Origin: Sulfurimonadaceae bacterium
GTDB taxonomy: Bacteria; Campylobacterota; Campylobacteria; Campylobacterales; Sulfurimonadaceae
Direction of reading: 5' to 3'
DNA: 24,286 nucleotides
NCBI GenBank assembly: GCA_041571435.1
Contig: JBFFUI010000036.1
Span: forward strand, 1-24,286
The first letter of the stretch is position 1; each line of letters opens with the position of its first letter. A program made the position numbers and the translations under genes. The notes below the pieces were generated by a model that ran no database searches, was not told the origin of the DNA, and was given only the letters and a program-made list of their open reading frames with translations. Of the stretch, positions 7,980-15,584 are shown in pieces.

Positions 7980-10685
7980 TTAATCCTCAGATCGAAGCGT
8001 CGTTCTCTCCCGCTGTCGCCACCGTATCCACTTGTAGAGCTCCGTCAGAACAAATACCGGCAGCGCGACAAGGATGATAAGTCCCCAATCCTCCCATCCC
8101 AGAGCGGTGGTTTGAAAAGCCTCCTGCAAGAACGGTACGTAGACCACACAGGCCTGAAGCGACACCGTAACGGCGATCGCCAACAAAAGCCACTTGTTTG
8201 TAAAGAAGCCTACCAGGTTGATCGGTTCGCACAGTGAACGGAAGTTGAGGACGATCATCTTCTCAAGGACGATGATCCCTGTAAAGGCGACGGTCTGTGC
8301 AAGCAGAAGAGCGTTTTCGGCGTCCCGCGACAGATAGTGGTGAAAGAGCCAGAGCGTCGCCAGACCGACATAGACTCCGAGCGCTATGATCATCGTCGCA
8401 CCGTAACGGTCGAGAATCGGTTCGTCCACCCCTCTCGGCGGCCGTTTCATGAGCCCCTTTTCCGCCGGTTCGACACCGAGGGCGACTGCCGTCATCCCGT
8501 CGGTGACCAGGTTCATCCAGAGGATCTGAACCGGGATCAGGATCAGTGGTCCGCCCAGCAGGATATTGACAAAGATCGCGATCACCTCGCCACTGTTGGA
8601 GGCCATAAGGTACTGCACGAACTTCTGTATGTTGTCGAATTCGCGACGTCCCTCTTTGACGGCATTGACAATGGAGGCGAAGTTATCGTCGGTCAGTACA
8701 ATATCCGAAGCACTCTTGGCGACATCCGTCCCTTTTTTCCCCATCGCGATGCCGACGTCCGCCTCTTTGAGTGCGGGGGCGTCGTTCACACCGTCGCCGG
8801 TCATGGCGACCACCTCGCCTTGACGCTTGAGGATCTCGACGATCCTGAGCTTGTCCTCCGGGTGGGTCCGGGCAAAGAGCACCTTCTCCTTGAACATCCC
8901 GGTGAGTTCGTCATCTTCCATTGTGGAGAGTTCACTGGAGGTGACCGCACGCTCTGCTTTCAGGCCGATAGCGTCAGCGACGGAAAGCGCCGTGTCAGGG
9001 TTGTCGCCGGTGATCATGATTACCCGGATACCGGCGCTCTCCGCCATACTGATCGCATCCGGGACCTCCGCATGCGGCGGATCGATGATCCCGACAATAC
9101 CGAGCAGGACAAGCTCGTTCTCAACGCTCTCTTCGGAGAGCTTCGTCTCATGAGAAAGCTCACGATAGGCGACGGCCAGTGTCCGCATCCCGCTGACGGC
9201 CATCGCTTGATATGCCGCTACAGCTGCCTCTCTCTGCGCTGTATCGAGCCTCACCGCCCTGCCCGCTTTGAAGACGCCGGTGCTTCGCTCCAGGATCACC
9301 TCCGGCGCCCCTTTGACATAAGCCGTCAACGCCTCTTTGCCATGTACGATGACACTCATCCGTTTGCGTGCGGAGTTGAAAGAGAACTCGCTGACCGTTC
9401 TGTCGCTGTCGTCCTCATAGAGCCACGCTTTGTAAGCGGCAGCAACCAGCGCCGCTTCGGTCGGTTCCCCGATCGCTTCCCAGCCGCCATCACTTTTGCG
9501 GACTTTTGCATGGTTGCAGACCAGAGCGCTTCTTAGCAGCAGCATCAGGCCCGGATACGTTTTGTAATCGATCTTCTTGCCGGCCTCTTCGAAGTGGCCG
9601 GCAGGATCATACCCGCTTCCGGTGACCTCGATCTCCCCCTCCGGCAGCCAGATCTTTTTCACCGTCATCTGGTTTTTCGTCAGTGTCCCCGTCTTGTCCG
9701 TACAGATCGTCGTGGCCGCACCGAGTGTTTCGGCTGCCTGAAGCCGTCTGAGCAGCGCCTTCTGTTTTGCCATCGCCTTGATGCCGAGTGCGAGGGTGAT
9801 GGTAACAACGGCAGGCAGCCCCTCGGGCACCACGGCGACCGCCAGGGCGACGCCGGTCATAAACATCTCGACCGGATCTTTGCCCAGCAGCCATCCTATC
9901 AGGGCGACCAGCAGTGAGATGGCAACCGAATAGGCCCCCAGTTTTCTGCCCAGGACGGCCAACTGTTTCTGCAGGGGCGTCGGCGCTGTTTCGACGCGCT
10001 GCGTCATCTGCGCAATATGGCCGAACTGGGTCTTCATCCCGGTCTCGACGACCACACCGCTGCCCCGTCCGTTGACGACGGCCGTGCCCATCCACGCCAT
10101 GTTCGACTGCTCTTGGAGTGCCCTCTCGTCACGGATCGTGTCGCTGTTTTTGTGCACCGATGCCGACTCTCCGGTCAGCGAGGACTCATCGACTTTCAGG
10201 TTGTAGCTCTCAAGCAGACGCAGGTCGGCAGGGACCTTGTCACCGATCTCCAGCAGGATGATGTCGCCGCGCACAAGCTCCTTCGCATCGATGAGCTGCT
10301 CTTCGGCATCGCGGAGCACTTTTGCCGTAGGATGCAGCATCTGCCGCAGGGCCTCGATGGCGTTTTCGGCTTTAAACTCCTGAACAAAGCCGAGTACCCC
10401 GTTGAGCAGAATGATCACCAGGATCGTCACGGCATCGCCGATCTCGCCGATAGCCAGAGAGATGGCCGCCGCGGCGAAAAGGATCAGGATCAGCAGATCG
10501 GTGAACTGGCGCAGCAGCACCTTGTACCAGGGTGTTTTGTCGATGCGGACCAGTTCATTCGGTCCCTCTTCTGCCGCCTTTTTTTTTGCCGCCTCTTCGC
10601 TCAGTCCCCCTTTGGCATCGCTCTGAAAGGCTGTAACCGCTTCGTCCGACGCTTGTCGGTACCACCCGCCGCTATCTTGTTGCAT
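7980..10685 (-). CDS. Cation-translocating P-type ATPase, P2A (SERCA/PacL-like, probably Ca2+)
   Basis: DKTGTLT phosphorylation site, TGES, VPEGLP, KGAPE, TGDGVNDAPALK, plus membrane SNSGE and NLVTDG ion-binding motifs. Confidence 0.93.
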   Translation of the reverse strand: MQQDSGGWYRQASDEAVTAFQSDAKGGLSEEAAKKKAAEEGPNELVRIDKTPWYKVLLRQFTDLLILILFAAAAISLAIGEIGDAVTILVIILLNGVLGFVQEFKAENAIEALRQMLHPTAKVLRDAEEQLIDAKELVRGDIILLEIGDKVPADLRLLESYNLKVDESSLTGESASVHKNSDTIRDERALQEQSNMAWMGTAVVNGRGSGVVVETGMKTQFGHIAQMTQRVETAPTPLQKQLAVLGRKLGAYSVAISLLVALIGWLLGKDPVEMFMTGVALAVAVVPEGLPAVVTITLALGIKAMAKQKALLRRLQAAETLGAATTICTDKTGTLTKNQMTVKKIWLPEGEIEVTGSGYDPAGHFEEAGKKIDYKTYPGLMLLLRSALVCNHAKVRKSDGGWEAIGEPTEAALVAAAYKAWLYEDDSDRTVSEFSFNSARKRMSVIVHGKEALTAYVKGAPEVILERSTGVFKAGRAVRLDTAQREAAVAAYQAMAVSGMRTLAVAYRELSHETKLSEESVENELVLLGIVGIIDPPHAEVPDAISMAESAGIRVIMITGDNPDTALSVADAIGLKAERAVTSSELSTMEDDELTGMFKEKVLFARTHPEDKLRIVEILKRQGEVVAMTGDGVNDAPALKEADVGIAMGKKGTDVAKSASDIVLTDDNFASIVNAVKEGRREFDNIQKFVQYLMASNSGEVIAIFVNILLGGPLILIPVQILWMNLVTDGMTAVALGVEPAEKGLMKRPPRGVDEPILDRYGATMIIALGVYVGLATLWLFHHYLSRDAENALLLAQTVAFTGIIVLEKMIVLNFRSLCEPINLVGFFTNKWLLLAIAVTVSLQACVVYVPFLQEAFQTTALGWEDWGLIILVALPVFVLTELYKWIRWRQRERTTLRSED

Positions 10686-11883
10686 AACTCTCTTTTCCCC
10701 ACAAACGGATCAGCAGCGTGAAGATCAACGGGACGGTGATCGCGGTAAAAGAGGAGGCTGCGATCAGGGCTGTAAAGAGTTTCAAATCGATGATCGCCGT
10801 ACTGTAGAGCAGCTGGGCAACAATAATCTCCGTCGTCAACCTCGCATCCAGCCCTACCCCGACGATGATCGCCTCACGCAGGCCCATCTTTTTCATCGGC
10901 ACCATCAGCAGGACACCGAAAAGTTTTCCCAATGTCCCGGCGAGATAGAGTACGATTGCCAGCAGAGGTTCCTGAACGAACCCCTCCATATCGGCATTGA
11001 AACCAACCCAGAAGAAGAAGAGGACGCCGAAAAACCCGTAACTCAGCGTCTGTGTCGTTTGGGTAAGCATCTCCCCTTTATGCTCTTCGCGCTCAAAGAG
11101 CGGGCGCATGATCACCCCCGCTGTGATCGCGCCGACGACCATCCCCAGTTCGACATACTCGCCGAAACCGCCGAAACCAAAAAGGATGACCAGCGAAAAG
11201 AGCATCAGTGTGCTCAGATTTTCCGGCTCCCACTTCTGCATCAGGTACGGTATCCATCTATAGAAGGCCCAGGAGACCAGCATAAAGACAAAGATACCGG
11301 CCAGTAGTCCGGCCACCCCGCCGTGGCTCTGACCCGTCTTCGTCCCGATCCAGACCGAGACGATACCGACAAGGATCACTTCGATGATGTCATCGAGCAC
11401 ACCGGCACCGATAATATAAGTTCCGACGCGCGTCTTGATCATCTTGAACTCATCGAGAATCGGTACGATCACCGCTTCGGCTGTCGGCATCCTGGTCATC
11501 CCGATGACGAGGGCGATGGCCCAGCCGTAGCCGTATAGCAGCATTGCCAAGAGACCGAAGAAGAAAGGGATCACTGTGTTCAATACCGTCAGCCAAATGA
11601 TCTGCGTACTTGATTGGCGCATCTGCCCCAGTTCGATCTGGAGTCCGATATAAAAGAGAAGGAAAAGGACCCCAAGATCGGCCAGGAACGAAAAGGTACT
11701 CTCAAACGCCGTCACCGAGTGGATAAAGACAGAAAAAGGCGTATAACTCAGGGCCATCCCGACAAAGAGTGCCGCCAGAATGTTGGGGATACGGAACTTA
11801 GAAAGGAGGTGGCCGAAGGTGTAGGTCAGTACAAATACAAAAGAGAGGGAAAGAAGCAGTCCACCAAGCTCGAATTCGTTCAT
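10672..11883 (-). CDS. Cation:proton antiporter, CPA2 (NapA/KefB-like, no C-terminal KTN domain)
   Basis: About 400 aa, highly hydrophobic, with LGVLFLLFYIGL, GAGVLDDI and FFFWVG motifs. Start ATG 11883 (alternative GTG 11889); overlaps the ATPase start by 14 nt. Confidence 0.88.
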   Translation of the reverse strand: MNEFELGGLLLSLSFVFVLTYTFGHLLSKFRIPNILAALFVGMALSYTPFSVFIHSVTAFESTFSFLADLGVLFLLFYIGLQIELGQMRQSSTQIIWLTVLNTVIPFFFGLLAMLLYGYGWAIALVIGMTRMPTAEAVIVPILDEFKMIKTRVGTYIIGAGVLDDIIEVILVGIVSVWIGTKTGQSHGGVAGLLAGIFVFMLVSWAFYRWIPYLMQKWEPENLSTLMLFSLVILFGFGGFGEYVELGMVVGAITAGVIMRPLFEREEHKGEMLTQTTQTLSYGFFGVLFFFWVGFNADMEGFVQEPLLAIVLYLAGTLGKLFGVLLMVPMKKMGLREAIIVGVGLDARLTTEIIVAQLLYSTAIIDLKLFTALIAASSFTAITVPLIFTLLIRLWGKESYATR

Positions 11884-12065
11884 ATGCACACGCCTTTATG
11901 GCACTGTGATCAGAGAGACCCTTTTTTTTGAGCCGCTCTGATACTGCGCTCTTTTGACTATTGTATTCTCAAACAACTTAAGCAAAAGTGACACCAGGAG
12001 AGGGCGACGCTTCCGCGTCTACCTAAAAAGAGGATAAGTGCCGGCTGAACGTCTCTGCAGCAGGG

Positions 12066-12401
12066 CTAGAACGTGATGACTTTCCAGTCGCTCTGCAGCG
12101 CTTCCGTCAACAGCTCGCCTGTATGCATTGTCGTCACACCCAGAGATTCGAGCTTCGCACTCACGCCGTAGTCGTCTGTGCAGACAATACAGGCTGATGT
12201 CTCGACCCCGCTTTCCTGGACTGTTTTGAGCATTGCCTGAAGCTCGTCACTTTCCGCAAGTACTCTGGCAGACGGCCCCCAGATCATCAGGTGCGCTTCA
12301 TCCCAGTAGCCGCGCGGCAGGATGACACTGCCGTAGAGCAGCACCATCTTCTTGGCCACCTCGACCTCCTCGGTCGACCATACGATCAGCAGCTTGTTCA
12401 C
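12066..12401 (-). CDS. DsrE/DsrF-like family protein
   Basis: 111 aa with a KLLIVWS...HLMIWGPSA...SACIVC pattern. The GTG start overlaps the upstream TAG. Confidence 0.75.
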   Translation of the reverse strand: MNKLLIVWSTEEVEVAKKMVLLYGSVILPRGYWDEAHLMIWGPSARVLAESDELQAMLKTVQESGVETSACIVCTDDYGVSAKLESLGVTTMHTGELLTEALQSDWKVITF

Positions 12402-13693
12402 TATTTTTTCAGCGCTTCAGCGATCAGTTCGATCGGATTCTTGAAGATCGTCTCGACCTCCGCCTGATAGAGCGAGTTATTGATCTGCATACGACAGGCC
12501 GAACACTCTGCCGAAACGACCTCTGCCCCGGTCTCTTTGATCATTGCCGCTTTCGGTACACCTGCCGCCTTGGCAAAATGGTACTTCTCGGTCTGCATCG
12601 TCACCCCGCCGAACCCGCAGCAGGCGTTCGGATCGCTCATCTCGGTCAGTACATAGTTCTGTTTGATAAGAGTCCGCGGTTCGTTGTGAACCCCCTGCAT
12701 TTTTCTGGCGTGGCACGGGTCATGATAGGTCACCACCAGGTCACTTCTGCCCTTGGACGACAGGAGATGTTCAAGATGGGTATGGTGTTCCAGCCACTCG
12801 GTCGCCATAAAGACCTTGTCCTTGAGCTTTTTCGCCCGCTCCAGCCACTCCGGCTGGTCATGGAAAAAGTGCTCATAGTCGATCTTGATCATCGCGCTAC
12901 ACGTGGCTTCGGGAATGATGATGGCCTCAACATCGTCGATAAAGCTCTCGAAATATTCAATGTTCTTTTTCGCATTATGATCGACCGTGTCGAAATCACC
13001 CGTGAAGTAGGCAGGTGCCCCGCAACAGAGCTGTTTTTTCGGGATGAAAGCATCGATCTCAAGCGCCTCCAGAATCTCCAGAAGTCCCTTGCCGATCTCG
13101 GTATAGTTGTAGTTGGCCAGACAGCCGATAAAGATCGCGACTTTGCGTTTGCCGCCATTGTCGATCTTCTCGGGATTGGCATTAAGAAACGAGGTCTTGC
13201 CCATACTCGGCAGCAGACGGTCTTTTTTGATGATCGGCAGTCTGAAACGCGGCTCCATGGAGTTGGTCTCTGCTTTGATCTTGAAACCGCAGGTCTGGAA
13301 GACATAACCCATTTTGAAGAGCACATCCATCGTGAAACGGTGGCGTAGCAGGTAGAAGAAGGCTCTCTTGAACCAGGCTATGCCGAACTTGTCGGCGATA
13401 TCGGCGCGTACCTGTTCGATGACCATGTCCGTTGGTAGTGATTTGGGACAGATATCGACACAGTTGGTACAGAGAAAACAGCTTTCGAAGATATCTTTGG
13501 CATTTTTATCCAGCTCAAGGTTGCCGCTTTGGTAGGCCCCCAACAGATCGATAAACCCGCGCGGCGATGTCACCTCATCGGCATTGACATTGTGGATCGT
13601 ACAGACCGGGATACACATCCCGCACTTGATACACGCATCACTTGTCTCGGCGTAGTTGAAAATATCTTCCGGCCGTTTTTGTACGTTGCCCAT
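12401..13693 (-). CDS. Fe-S oxidoreductase, GlcF/GlpC-like (two 4Fe-4S motifs plus two CCG domains)
   Basis: CIKCGMCIPVC and CFLCTNCVDICP ferredoxin motifs; LCCG, YHDPCH, ACCGFGG and CSACRMQ. The ATG overlaps the hemN stop (TGATG); alternative GTG at 13696. Confidence 0.9.
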   Translation of the reverse strand: MGNVQKRPEDIFNYAETSDACIKCGMCIPVCTIHNVNADEVTSPRGFIDLLGAYQSGNLELDKNAKDIFESCFLCTNCVDICPKSLPTDMVIEQVRADIADKFGIAWFKRAFFYLLRHRFTMDVLFKMGYVFQTCGFKIKAETNSMEPRFRLPIIKKDRLLPSMGKTSFLNANPEKIDNGGKRKVAIFIGCLANYNYTEIGKGLLEILEALEIDAFIPKKQLCCGAPAYFTGDFDTVDHNAKKNIEYFESFIDDVEAIIIPEATCSAMIKIDYEHFFHDQPEWLERAKKLKDKVFMATEWLEHHTHLEHLLSSKGRSDLVVTYHDPCHARKMQGVHNEPRTLIKQNYVLTEMSDPNACCGFGGVTMQTEKYHFAKAAGVPKAAMIKETGAEVVSAECSACRMQINNSLYQAEVETIFKNPIELIAEALKK

Positions 13694-15060
13694 CACACTG
13701 TCTTGCTGAAGGTCTTTTTAGAGCCTGCATGTTTGTTCATGTAGGCGTCGAACACCATTGCGATGTTTCGGATAAGAAGCGTACCGGTCTCCGAGCAGAC
13801 GATCTGGTCGTCGTCGACACGGACCAGTTCTTCATCGATGAAGGGCTGAAGTGCCGGAAGGTCCTCTGCGAAGTAGGTGTTGAAATCCACATCGAAGTCA
13901 GCATTGAAACGTTTGATATCCATCTTGAAATTACTCATCAGCTCCATGATGACATGCTGGCGGATCATGTCGTCTTCACTCAGCGTGACACCGCGTTCAA
14001 ACGGCAGCTTGCCGGCATCAATCGCCGCTTCATAATCCTTCATCTCCTTGAAGTTCTGAGCGTAGTAGTCATTGCCTTCGCCGATCGAGGTGAGACCGAC
14101 ACCGACAAGGTCCGCACCGCCTTTAGTGGTATAGCCCTGGAAGTTACGGTGAAGTTCACCCTTTTCGATCGCTTTGAACAGTTCGTCCTCCGGCTTGGCA
14201 AAGTGGTCCATCCCGATCATCTTGTAACCGTTTTCCGTCAAAAAGTCGATGGTGTACTGCATGATCTGCAGTTTTTCATCCGGCATCGGCAGCGTCGTCT
14301 CGTCGATCTTGCGCATCGTCTTTTTCAGCCACGGCACATGGGCGTAGTTGAAGACGGCAAAACGGTCCGGGTTGAGTGTCAATGAGAGTTTGAGCGTCTC
14401 CTTGAAGGTCTCGAGGCTCTGGTACGGCAAGCCGTAGATCAGGTCGACGTTGACCGAGACCATGTTGTACTTGCGGGCCAGGTCCATCGCTTTTTTCGTG
14501 ATGTCATAGGGCTGAACACGGTGCACGGCGACCTGTACTTTATCATTGAAGTCCTGGATCCCGAAGCTGACGCGGTTGAAGCCCTGCTCGCTCATCACCT
14601 TCATCTGCGCTTCGTCGATGTGACGCGGGTCTATCTCACACGAGATCTCGGCATCGGCGCTGAAGTTCTTGAAATGGCTCTTGATCATCTTGATGATCTC
14701 TTCAAGCTGCTCGGCGCTGAAGAAGGTCGGTGTACCGCCGCCGAAGTGCATCTGTATCACCTCGCGGGAGGTGTCGACATGCTGTGTCAATATCTCCATC
14801 TCGCGTTTTAGGTAGTCGATGTAGCGCATCATCTTATCCTCTTTGGAGGTGAAGACGACATTACAGCCGCAGAAGTAACAGGCATTGCGGCAGAACGGCA
14901 GGTGAAAATAGAGTGAAAGCGGACGCGAGCTCTCTTGTGCATCGAGCTTTTTGAGGTAGTCATCATAGGTGAAAGCATCACTAAACTCCAGAGCGGTCGG
15001 GTAAGATGTGTACCGCGGCCCCGGTTTTGAATATTTGATAAACTTTGCAAAATCCAGCAT
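13693..15060 (-). CDS. hemN: Oxygen-independent coproporphyrinogen III oxidase
   Basis: GPRYTSYPTA, HLPFCRNACYFCGC radical-SAM motif, HFGGGTPT, IGMDHFA and LHRNFQGY. Confidence 0.97.
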   Translation of the reverse strand: MLDFAKFIKYSKPGPRYTSYPTALEFSDAFTYDDYLKKLDAQESSRPLSLYFHLPFCRNACYFCGCNVVFTSKEDKMMRYIDYLKREMEILTQHVDTSREVIQMHFGGGTPTFFSAEQLEEIIKMIKSHFKNFSADAEISCEIDPRHIDEAQMKVMSEQGFNRVSFGIQDFNDKVQVAVHRVQPYDITKKAMDLARKYNMVSVNVDLIYGLPYQSLETFKETLKLSLTLNPDRFAVFNYAHVPWLKKTMRKIDETTLPMPDEKLQIMQYTIDFLTENGYKMIGMDHFAKPEDELFKAIEKGELHRNFQGYTTKGGADLVGVGLTSIGEGNDYYAQNFKEMKDYEAAIDAGKLPFERGVTLSEDDMIRQHVIMELMSNFKMDIKRFNADFDVDFNTYFAEDLPALQPFIDEELVRVDDDQIVCSETGTLLIRNIAMVFDAYMNKHAGSKKTFSKTV

Positions 15061-15130
15061 AAACGTCCTAATTGTGGGAAAATCCCTGATATTTATACGC
15101 GATTATGCCGTTGATGTGTTGAAAACGCGG

Positions 15131-15178
15131 TTAAGCGCTGAGGCTACTTTTCGTAAAAAAGCTCAATGCAGCGCTTAA
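15131..15178. other. Hairpin spanning the stop codon of the last TonB-operon gene
   Basis: Perfect 10-bp inverted repeat TTAAGCGCTG (15131-15140) / CAGCGCTTAA (15169-15178) with partial inner pairing. Confidence 0.4.
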
Positions 15179-15584
15179 AATCACTGCATCTGACACAGCG
15201 GACAAAACGGCGCTCCTCTTTGGGCAGGGTGTAGCTGGCCCCGCTGCCGAAGTCGACGACCCAGGCGTGTGGTGCATTCCATGCGTAGGTGCTGGCAGTC
15301 CAGTAGACCGCATCTTTCTTGTAGTAGACAAAGCCCTTTTTGATCTTCCGGCCGGCGGGACGGGAGATGTCGACGATCGTCGCCATCTCGTTCTCACTCG
15401 GCAGCCACCAGTCGTCAAAGCCCTCAAGTTCAAGTGCTTCACACTCCTCTTTCGCTTCGTTCCAGGTCAGGATGACCCCGCGGTTCTCTGCGACGTCCTG
15501 CCACATAAAGGCGGTAGTCGGGTCGGTAAGCACGCCTGCATATGCGAGGCTGAAACTCCACAAGATGAGGAGAATCGGTCGCAT
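15144..15584 (-). CDS. Exported DUF1566 (Lcl C-terminal-like) domain protein
   Basis: Signal peptide, then TDPTTAFMWQ, TWNEAKEEC, GFDDWWLPSENEM, YWTAS, AWVVDFGSG and FVRCVR, which is the DUF1566 pattern. Confidence 0.88.
   Translation of the reverse strand: MRPILLILWSFSLAYAGVLTDPTTAFMWQDVAENRGVILTWNEAKEECEALELEGFDDWWLPSENEMATIVDISRPAGRKIKKGFVYYKKDAVYWTASTYAWNAPHAWVVDFGSGASYTLPKEERRFVRCVRCSDFKRCIELFYEK

Noticed and set aside
8337-9536. 399-aa plus-strand ORF and other long antisense ORFs (e.g. 3471-4430, 12578-13348, 16529-17338)
   Set aside because: Shadow frames opposite well-supported genes, expected from codon bias; no motifs.
12006-12019. GACGC-N4-GCGTC hairpin after the DsrE-like gene as terminator
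   Set aside because: Short stem with no U-tract on the minus strand; insufficient support.
15111-15124. FNR/Crp-like site TTGAT-gtgt-TGAAA upstream of hemN
   Set aside because: Only one half-site matches TTGAT-N4-ATCAA; plausible by chance in AT-rich DNA.
15144-15330. DUF1566 C-terminus as a diversity-generating retroelement variable region
   Set aside because: No reverse transcriptase and no template-repeat copy seen in the window.
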